From: Candidatus Heimdallarchaeota archaeon
Lineage (GTDB): Archaea > Asgardarchaeota > Heimdallarchaeia > JABLTI01
Assembly: GCA_030614005.1 (NCBI GenBank)
Contig: JAUWKS010000012.1
Span: 34,276-66,275 of the forward strand
Direction: 5' to 3'
Length of the DNA stretch: 32,000 nucleotides
In this document: positions 24,969 through 32,000 of the stretch, piece by piece
How positions within the stretch are numbered: position 1 is the stretch's first letter
Layout: each line of letters starts with the position of its first letter
Translations under genes and position numbers: made by a program
Notes under the pieces: generated by a model
Seen by the model: the letters and a program-made list of their open reading frames with translations, nothing else
Told to the model about the DNA's origin: nothing
Databases searched by the model: none

Positions 24969-26252
24969 TTAAAGCAGCTCATCTACACTTTTTCCTCTAT
25001 TGTGTAGTCTCATCTTTAATTCGGTCATAAGATCGGATCTTTTTAATGTGCCGTCACCTACACTATCGGGTGATACGCTTAAAGCTTGATTGAGATATCT
25101 ATTTAATTGTTGAATATTCTTTATTGAGCTTTCTTCAATTGAAGTGCAAATAACTGTACTTACATGCTCTGGTGATATTTTTTCAAAGAATATGTTATAA
25201 ACATCAATCTTCAGATGCCCTTCACCACCAATTCGTATTTTCCCTATTGTTTGCATATATTCTTCCAGGTTTATTTTAGTGAGCGTAATTTCAATTAATT
25301 GTAAAATCTCTGGGTTTGCTCCTCTTTGTACCGCACCGACTACTCGTTCCGCATTTTCTGTATAGACGGCTATTGCGGTTAATTCAGCATTATTATCCAA
25401 GGTTGCTCCAATGATATCTGATAATCTTTCTGCTATTTTCTCTTGTATTCGCTTCGCCTCTTCTTTCTTCATTGGTTGAGCAATGTCCATGTCAGGAGGG
25501 GCTACATCAGTTATCGTTGATTCAACTCTTTTTGGTGGTGCTACAGGAGGAGAAGGTGTTGTTTTTGGAGGGGCAACAGGTTTTGATGTAACGGGTTTTG
25601 TTAAAAAGTCGTCTTGTTTTTCAACTGGTGGTGTCAGAGTTACTTTGTGAACTGGAGGAGAATGTGTTGCGGGTTGTTGTTGAACAGGTGGTAATACAGT
25701 TGCAGGTTGTTTTGACATTTTCTTTGGTAAAGTATCTAATAATATTCTTTGTAGAGTTTGATTCGAAGAGTCAGTATAGATGCTTGTAATGCTTTTTATA
25801 AGACCCCCTGGTATGAGTGCATCTAATGGAGCGATTAGTTGAGCTAAGTGTGCTAAGCCGCTTTTTATTTGTGCTTCCAGTCCTGGGTCAATTTTATTGA
25901 ACAAAATATATCCTTTCACATTTTTCAATTGGTCTGCAATGCTTTTCGTCCATAATATTAGAAAATTAGCTGCTTCTTCATATTTTGAAGCATTTTGTAC
26001 ATCAACGAAATACACGATAGCACTTAGATTTGCCACTAATTCCTTGTTCCCGATATATCCCTGCCTAAATTTCTTTCCTCCGCCGACATCAATAATCTCC
26101 ACATCAGATCGTAGGAAATCGTGTTTGTATTTGGCAATTCCTCTTGTAGGTGGTATGTTTAGAAGCTGTGCTGGTGGTTTTTTTCCAAAGAATTTCTGAT
26201 AGAGTGCCGTTTTCCCTGCTCCATCAATTCCAATAAAGAGTATTTTTTGCAT
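24969..26252 (-). CDS. Arf/Rag-like small GTPase fused through a Pro-rich linker to a roadblock/longin-like domain
   Basis: G1 GIDGAGKT, G2 PPTRG, G3 DVGG, G4 NKID. Linker PPVQQQPATHSPP...PSPPVAPP. C-terminal LTAIAVYTENAERVVG... domain. Confidence 0.85.
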   Translation of the reverse strand: MQKILFIGIDGAGKTALYQKFFGKKPPAQLLNIPPTRGIAKYKHDFLRSDVEIIDVGGGKKFRQGYIGNKELVANLSAIVYFVDVQNASKYEEAANFLILWTKSIADQLKNVKGYILFNKIDPGLEAQIKSGLAHLAQLIAPLDALIPGGLIKSITSIYTDSSNQTLQRILLDTLPKKMSKQPATVLPPVQQQPATHSPPVHKVTLTPPVEKQDDFLTKPVTSKPVAPPKTTPSPPVAPPKRVESTITDVAPPDMDIAQPMKKEEAKRIQEKIAERLSDIIGATLDNNAELTAIAVYTENAERVVGAVQRGANPEILQLIEITLTKINLEEYMQTIGKIRIGGEGHLKIDVYNIFFEKISPEHVSTVICTSIEESSIKNIQQLNRYLNQALSVSPDSVGDGTLKRSDLMTELKMRLHNRGKSVDELL

Positions 26253-26537
26253 TAGTTTTCACCAAAAGAGGGTAGTATTTACCAAGTATTTACTTGTATA
26301 TGTCTTTTCTCTTATCCGTTGTTTTTTAGGTCTTACTATTTCGATGCTAATTGTTTCACAGCTATCTACTAATAATTCTAAAGTCAGTTAACCTAAATAT
26401 CTTTTTTCCTCATAAAATTCTTATGTTTGAGGTAAAATTTTCCTATTAAATCTCTTCAAATGCCTATTTAGAACTATTTTTATTGCCGTTTGCTTGTTTT
26501 ACTTATTACGCGAACTTTAGCTTTAGAGTTAGCTAAC

Positions 26538-27578
26538 ATGCTTTACTATGGAGGCAGCGTATTGATCCAAGCTTTATGGATAATTACAGAAACAGGTCAA
26601 TGTATCTTTAGTCATAAATATGTGAAAATGGATATTGAAGACCAGCTGATTTCAGGACTTTTAACAGCGTTTAATGCTTTCTCAACTGAAAGCGGTATTG
26701 GCGGTATCCAACAAATAGGTGGCATAGATAATCAATTTGTTTATGGTTCCGCAGGAAAGTTTCTTGTCGCAGCTTTAGCAGACACCAGAGATGATCCTGG
26801 TTTAGTTGAAAGTTTAATAAATAGAATATCTGTTGCTTTTCAAGAGAAATATTCCAAGTATCTAACTGATGATATGTATATGGACCTTAATCTCTTCAAT
26901 GGTTTTGAAACTGATATTGATCAAATACTCTTTCCAAAAATTTTAGCTCGAGGTACTATGTCAACAATATTTGGTACCTTTGTTACTATGGCACTTACTA
27001 TAGGCACATTATTTATTATGATACAAATTCCGAACATCTTTCCTAATTTGAATCAAGGTTTATTGAATAATCTCGCTTATCTAATTTTTCTTGCTTGTGT
27101 TCCCGGCTTTTTTGTTGGTGCAATTACAGCAGGAACAAGAAAATATGCTTTGATTGCTAATACCATTGGTATACTTCCAGTAATCGGTTATTTTGCTTAT
27201 GATATTGCCGTTTCTGGTATTTTATTAGGAGATACTTCTAATTTAGCTACCACCATTCCTATTGTGTTACTTATGGCAGAGCAATATATTGCTATTGCAC
27301 TCTTATCGGCAATTATTGGTGGAGGAATGATTGAACGAAAAAAACTCTTCCAATTTTCAGACAATATTGAAAGAGTTGAAGATGATCAAATTCCAAGTTT
27401 GAACGAAATTTATGAGCAATCACAAGAAGCTACACTTCAACAAGAAGTTTACACACCGGATACTACTCCAACAGAAGATTACTATACGAGTAGCTCTTTT
27501 GCTGACCAACAACAAGTACCAACAACACCTCCTCCTCCCCCCCAAGATTATCAACAACAAGATTGGGAAAATCAATAG
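26538..27578 (+). CDS. Longin-domain membrane protein with an acidic Gln/Pro-rich tail (start uncertain, 26490-26562)
   Basis: IQALWIITETGQCIFSHKY...LISGLLTAFNAF is an Asgard-type longin pattern. About four TM helices and tail PTTPPPPPQDYQQQDW. Confidence 0.75.
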   Translation: MLYYGGSVLIQALWIITETGQCIFSHKYVKMDIEDQLISGLLTAFNAFSTESGIGGIQQIGGIDNQFVYGSAGKFLVAALADTRDDPGLVESLINRISVAFQEKYSKYLTDDMYMDLNLFNGFETDIDQILFPKILARGTMSTIFGTFVTMALTIGTLFIMIQIPNIFPNLNQGLLNNLAYLIFLACVPGFFVGAITAGTRKYALIANTIGILPVIGYFAYDIAVSGILLGDTSNLATTIPIVLLMAEQYIAIALLSAIIGGGMIERKKLFQFSDNIERVEDDQIPSLNEIYEQSQEATLQQEVYTPDTTPTEDYYTSSSFADQQQVPTTPPPPPQDYQQQDWENQ

Positions 27579-27605
27579 ACAATTTATCTTCTAAAGTGAT
27601 TATCA

Positions 27606-28511
27606 ATGAGCAAAAAAAACGAGTTAGATAACAATCCACATCAAGAGGAAATTTCTAACTCAGAAGAAGAAATTATCTATACTGCTCTAGGTAGTCAAAT
27701 TAGAAGAGACATTCTTTCTTTTATTAACAAAAATCAAATCGTAGGTTTTAATGAATTGAAAAAGGAATTCAGATCCCTCAAAGTTGGTTCACTGTATCAT
27801 CAACTAAATACATTGAAGGACCTTCTGACACAAGATGCCAATAAAAAATATCTTTTATCAAATCTTGGGAAAGTTGCTCATAATTTAATGATTTTAAACA
27901 AAGATCATATTGAAGCATCAAATGTAAAACTCATTACAAAAAAGGGCAAAGGCAATTCACTTACCAATAAGTCTCTTGAGATAATTACCTCTTTCTTTCT
28001 TCCAAGAAGGATTTTTCAGCATTTGGCGTCAGAACCTCTTAGAACATTTTTTGAGGGGGCAATCATTATTGGTGCGATGCTATTCTTTGCAATTGATAGT
28101 CAATTAGTTTTAATTGGATTTTATCCTCTTGATGTTGAGGAATGGTATTTTTCTGTAATAGGCATAATAGGTTTGTGGATTTTTCTTGCATTGATTACTG
28201 AATTGCTTTATGCTTTGTTCTACAAACGTAAGTATAATCCTGTAAAATTAATAGCAATTGTTCCTTTTATTTTACTTCCTAGTATGATCGCACTATTTTT
28301 CATTTGGCTTCAGACAAAAGTAGCTGCTACTTTTCTTTTCTTAGATGGTCAAATATTAATTGTTTTAGGACAAATTTGGGCTCTTCCATTGATGACCACA
28401 GCTGTTAGTCAATCAAAAGAGCTAACAATGAGTAGGTCAAGCTTGGTAGTGTTATTTACATTTTACCTTGCATATGCAATCTCCTTTGTTTTTATGGGTA
28501 TCAATCAGTAA
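27606..28511 (+). CDS. ArsR-type winged-helix domain fused to a multi-pass (Yip1-like) membrane domain
   Basis: YTALGSQIRRDIL...GSLYHQLNTL...YLLSNLGKVA, followed by about five hydrophobic helices. Confidence 0.75.
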   Translation: MSKKNELDNNPHQEEISNSEEEIIYTALGSQIRRDILSFINKNQIVGFNELKKEFRSLKVGSLYHQLNTLKDLLTQDANKKYLLSNLGKVAHNLMILNKDHIEASNVKLITKKGKGNSLTNKSLEIITSFFLPRRIFQHLASEPLRTFFEGAIIIGAMLFFAIDSQLVLIGFYPLDVEEWYFSVIGIIGLWIFLALITELLYALFYKRKYNPVKLIAIVPFILLPSMIALFFIWLQTKVAATFLFLDGQILIVLGQIWALPLMTTAVSQSKELTMSRSSLVVLFTFYLAYAISFVFMGINQ

Positions 28512-28535
28512 ATAACCATTTTTTCTCAAACTGTA

Positions 28536-29297
28536 TTATGAGGCATCTTTCTTTGAAATGGTTTTAGAAGATTTCTTAGAAGAAGATTTAGCACTAGTAG
28601 CTTTTTTAGGAGCAGATTTCTTTTTGGTTGTTTTTTTAGTTGCCGGTTTTTTTGTAGAAGTTTTCTTGGGTTTTTGTTTACTTTTGAGGTGTTCAGATAA
28701 AACTTGATAGACCCATTGACCTTCTGCATAACCGGTCCATCGACCTGGAACAATACCAACATGAACTAAATCCTGAGTTAACCAATAAGCTTCTCCTTCA
28801 GTTACCTCTAAGGCTTCTTGAATTTCAAGAAGATGAACAAAATCTTTTCCATCCAAAAAAATAACTGCTTTCTTTACGAGGTCGGGATTCCATCGTTCTA
28901 AAATGGTTGTTTCTTTTTCGTCTTCTTCAAGTTCTGCTTTTTTCTTCTTCTTCTTCTTCTTCTTCTTCCTTTTGCTCTTTGGTTTCTCAACAGGTTCCTC
29001 AGAAATCTCTCCGGATTGGATTTTCTTTATTTCGTTTATAAAAGCACTAATTATTTCTGGGTTTTCTAAATATGATACAAGAAAAGTGCCGGCAAATTCC
29101 TTCTTATTGAAATCAGCTGTTTGTTGCAAAAGATATTCTCGTTGTTTTTTACGTGCTTCACGGGGGATAACTAAACGAATCATTTCTTCTTTTTCATCAA
29201 GAATCATACCAACTTGTGATTCCAATAATTCATCCGGAGAACATTCAACGAGTTTTCTACCAACCAAAGAATAGACTTTCAAGAGCTTTCCATCCAA
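28536..29297 (-). CDS. Protein with a gelsolin-like N-terminal domain, poly-Lys linker, winged helix and H1-like Lys-rich tail
   Basis: VYSL..KLVE...LLESQVGMILD..EEMIRL pattern; KRKKKKKKKKK; LLEIQEALEVTEGEAYWLTQDLVHVGIVPG; KPKKTSTKKPATKK. TTG start. Confidence 0.55.
   Translation of the reverse strand: MDGKLLKVYSLVGRKLVECSPDELLESQVGMILDEKEEMIRLVIPREARKKQREYLLQQTADFNKKEFAGTFLVSYLENPEIISAFINEIKKIQSGEISEEPVEKPKSKRKKKKKKKKKKAELEEDEKETTILERWNPDLVKKAVIFLDGKDFVHLLEIQEALEVTEGEAYWLTQDLVHVGIVPGRWTGYAEGQWVYQVLSEHLKSKQKPKKTSTKKPATKKTTKKKSAPKKATSAKSSSKKSSKTISKKDAS
28942..28968 (+). repeat. (TTC)9 microsatellite encoding the poly-Lys tract on the minus strand
   Basis: Read directly from the sequence. Confidence 0.9.
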
Positions 29298-29417
29298 TTT
29301 CTATGCATAAATATTAAACATTTACTAAAATAATAGTTTCGCTATTGGTAAGTATTGAGTTGTTTTTATACTTTTTACAATATACTAAGGTACAGAAGAG
29401 AGCTTGTGATTAGAAAA

Positions 29418-29642
29418 ATGACTACTGACCCCACTTCCGAAAAGAAAAGTAAAATTAATTCAATTGAGAAAGAAGAGCATTCTAAAGATATAATTGCACC
29501 TCAATGTCCACACTGTTCAAGCGAGAATGTTTATGGTATAAGCAGAGTAGTTGGTTATTTCTCAGTTATTGATAATTGGAATAATAGCAAAAAATCCGAA
29601 CTAAAACGAAGGCAAAAGGGCAATTATTGGTCAAAGGAATAG
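29418..29642 (+). CDS. Small stand-alone NrdD C-terminal-like (Zn ribbon plus glycyl-radical motif) protein
   Basis: CPHCSSENVYGISRVVGYFSVIDNWNNSKKSELKRR matches the class III RNR C-terminus (CPxC...RxxGY...WNxxKxxExxxR). ATG at 29418. Confidence 0.85.
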   Translation: MTTDPTSEKKSKINSIEKEEHSKDIIAPQCPHCSSENVYGISRVVGYFSVIDNWNNSKKSELKRRQKGNYWSKE

Positions 29643-29732
29643 ATAGAAAATGCATCTATTTAATAAAAATGATCTATTTTTGCTAATTTAGAAATCCTTA
29701 AAACAGCTCTTCTGCCTAAGTTAAAGTAACTG

Positions 29733-30041
29733 GTGACTATTATGATTTCCCAAAAACAATTCCAATCTACTCTTAAGAAGCTCGCGGGATTCGATGGAGT
29801 TAGAGGCGTTATTATAACAACAAAAGAGGGTTTACCTATATCTAGCGATATAGAAACGGATAAAACAGAGTCTATCGCAGCGTTAGTTTCATCTCTCGTT
29901 GGAAAAGCAACTCAAGCAGTAGATCAATTAGAAGAAGGGGCTTTAAATTTCTTTACCATTGACACTACTAAAGGAGAAATTCTAGTAGCACCTGAAAATG
30001 ATTATATTTTGATTGTTTTGAAAGACAAGAAAAAGAAATAG
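29733..30041 (+). CDS. Roadblock/LC7 domain protein
   Basis: [17 protein letters not shown]...[12 protein letters not shown]...[16 protein letters not shown]. Confidence 0.9.
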   Translation: MTIMISQKQFQSTLKKLAGFDGVRGVIITTKEGLPISSDIETDKTESIAALVSSLVGKATQAVDQLEEGALNFFTIDTTKGEILVAPENDYILIVLKDKKKK

Positions 30042-30126
30042 TTACTCATAGAAAAGTAATAAATTAGAAGCTCACTTTTCAGAAGCTTCTATCTACGTTT
30101 TTTTAATGATTGTTATTTTACTACTT

Positions 30127-30624
30127 TTAGAATTTTTCGAGCTCCTTTAGGGCTTCTTCTAGATTATCATCCATTGACTCATCAGCACTGGTTACACTTG
30201 CGGCATCTTCCGCTGCTGTGGATGGAAATGATATCTTTTCTGATAAGAATTCGTTTAACAGTTTTTCAATTTCTGAAGCCTCTCTTTTCAAGACAAGTCT
30301 AACTAACCCAATATTTACATCATTGTCAGTTATAACACAGAGGATTCCCTTTCCACAACTTGCAGCAAAAATTTTCCCTTTGCTAAATTCTGATGAAACA
30401 ATATCTAAATCACCCAGATCAAGATTTACTCCTTGTTCTTCACTGGCAACAAAGACTGCACTAGCAATAGCACCTACTCCATCAACATCGATGGGGAAGT
30501 ATGAGAACTTTGAAACGTGAGCAATAGTCAATCCTGTTCTATCAACTAGGATAACTTTTCTTATGCCAGCTTCGGCTTTAATGATTTTACTAAGGACATT
30601 GTCGAACGCTTTAACATTTATCAT
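30127..30624 (-). CDS. Roadblock/LC7 domain protein with an acidic tail
   Basis: GIRKVILVDRTGLTIA...VGAIASAVFVASE...SEFSKGKIFAASCG..ILCVIT...NIGLVRLVLK. Confidence 0.9.
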   Translation of the reverse strand: MINVKAFDNVLSKIIKAEAGIRKVILVDRTGLTIAHVSKFSYFPIDVDGVGAIASAVFVASEEQGVNLDLGDLDIVSSEFSKGKIFAASCGKGILCVITDNDVNIGLVRLVLKREASEIEKLLNEFLSEKISFPSTAAEDAASVTSADESMDDNLEEALKELEKF

Positions 30625-30936
30625 AGGACTGTCACCATTTTGACGGTTTTAGTCAATCTACATTTCTGACCTCTTGTCAACTCTCTTTACTGATTACTTT
30701 TAATTAAAGTTTCTTTCCTACTAATATTTTAGCAATCGCTTTTATAACAGTATTGTTTTGAGCAGATTAACTTTTCTCCTTTTTCTCCAGTAGTATATAA
30801 TGGTTTATTTTTATCAAATAAAACAATTTTTTGCCTAATTTTCCACATTGGTTACTTTTTTATTTTAATAATGTAACACATAGACAAATAGTGTTCAATC
30901 AATATCACTATTAATAATTAAACTATTGGAGAATCT

Positions 30937-31782
30937 ATGACAATGAGTAAAAGCAAGAAAGGGAAAAATACAAAATCAATTATTTCCATCCGTGCCATGT
31001 GTGATCAATGTAAAAATGTAGATACTTTTCAAATATCTACAAGAGACCTTTTACCTCACATTGGAGGGCTGTATCAAGTTTCGACAATTCATCATTGTAA
31101 AGACGACAAAGAAATGATAATGAATATTGTTCTTGATAGAAATTATGCTGTGAGGCAAGCATCAGTTTCTCCCTTTGTAGGAGATTTGGAGTCCGGAAGT
31201 GATGCAGATGAAAAATGGTCTACAGAAGAAATAGCTGATGTAAAATTCCTTGTTAGCCAAGTAAAGGAAGCTGATAAGGTTATCCATGCAGTGCTTTCAA
31301 GTAAGCAAATTGTTATCACAAGCAAAAATAGCAAGTTTGTAAGGCGCATCGTTCGTACGCTTCAGCTCTTTGCACCTACAAGATATCCATCTGTTGTAGA
31401 ATGGGCAGATAAAGTAACTAAGGATAAACAAATCATTGGAACAAAACCTGACCTAGCAAAACAATACTCTAATGTAGTGCTTGTTAATCTTGATTCAAAT
31501 AAAGTTCTAAATGGTAAAAATTCTAATTATTCTAGGACTTTTCTAAATAAATTAATTACTTTGGAACCAAAAGGAATTGCATATGCAGCTAAGCTAAAAA
31601 TTGATATGATAATTGAATTTTCAAAGATGTTGATTGAACTTACAAAAGAACCCCAAATCGGTTCAAAAGCAATTGATCTCGTCAAAATGGATGTTAGTGA
31701 AGATGCTTATGATTTAATCATAGATATTGTGGCAGGTTTTGATCCTACAGCTTTGGAGATTATTAAAGAAGATTGGTTATGA
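30937..31782 (+). CDS. Hypothetical protein with an N-terminal Cys/His Zn-site and a DENN-like core
   Basis: CDQC...HHC; VIHAVLSSKQIVITS...IVRTLQLFAP...IIGT....VVLVNLDSNKV resembles the cDENN pattern. Confidence 0.55.
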   Translation: MTMSKSKKGKNTKSIISIRAMCDQCKNVDTFQISTRDLLPHIGGLYQVSTIHHCKDDKEMIMNIVLDRNYAVRQASVSPFVGDLESGSDADEKWSTEEIADVKFLVSQVKEADKVIHAVLSSKQIVITSKNSKFVRRIVRTLQLFAPTRYPSVVEWADKVTKDKQIIGTKPDLAKQYSNVVLVNLDSNKVLNGKNSNYSRTFLNKLITLEPKGIAYAAKLKIDMIIEFSKMLIELTKEPQIGSKAIDLVKMDVSEDAYDLIIDIVAGFDPTALEIIKEDWL

Positions 31783-31951
31783 TTCTATTTCGTTAACCAA
31801 TATTTAAATTTTCCACAGTCAAAGAAAATAAGCAAGTATCTTTTTTCATAGAAATATCAATAATTTTGCATAATGATTCTCCTACAATTCAATACCCTTT
31901 CTTCTTTTTAAATGCCTCTTAGAATAGCTGTACGAATAGTTAATTGTTCAA

Positions 31952-31999
31952 CTATTCTTTTAAATAAAGGACAATACTTTCAGTAACCTCTTTAGCTAA
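31952..31999 (-). CDS. Possible C-terminal end of a gene entering from beyond the window
   Basis: Open frame LAKEVTESIVLYLKE-stop from the window edge; too short to assign. Confidence 0.25.
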   Translation of the reverse strand, partial: LAKEVTESIVLYLKE

Positions 32000-32000
32000 A

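Noticed and set aside
112-31349. The many short antisense or overlapping ORFs in the track (e.g. 112-312, 922-1233, 2727-2921, 8430-8633, 11759-12169, 15240-15623, 18074-18379, 19041-19496, 23094-23575, 25897-26199, 28903-29274, 30218-30520)
   Set aside because: Shadow frames of well-supported genes or low-complexity sequence, with no motifs of their own.

Overview
The window most likely comes from an Asgard archaeon: roadblock, longin, Arf/Rag-like GTPase, gelsolin-like and DENN-like genes lie at 24.9-31.8 kb. The lineage is inferred from gene content only. An intron-containing tRNA-Ala(UGC) at 329-439 heads a ~24.4 kb accessory island. The last ~34 nt of this tRNA (T-arm, 3' acceptor strand, CCA) recur on the same strand at 16794, 20371, 23115 and 24140, and as a 13-nt remnant at 24877. 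These copies cut the island into five segments of 16390, 3575, 2740, 1030 and 730 bp, which shrink with distance from the tRNA. I found no tyrosine or serine recombinase, DDE transposase, PolB, cas2 or CRISPR array. The only candidate integrase is a divergent Cas1/casposase-like protein (4060-5556) that keeps the E/H/D-E catalytic motifs. It lies in a tight six-gene operon with a YprA/MrfA-like helicase, an inactivated Hel308-like Zn-finger protein, two putative winged-helix proteins and a metallophosphoesterase. Segment 2 begins with a diverged, truncated copy of the left end of segment 1. The distal segments carry one or two genes each: secreted proteins, a UvrD-nuclease and two toxin-antitoxin pairs. 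Main hypothesis (inference): a Cas1-driven, tRNA-anchored, polarised array of gene-sized inserts, resembling a CRISPR array with kb-scale spacers or stacked PolB-less casposon-like elements. All family assignments come from reading motifs by eye; no database search was run.
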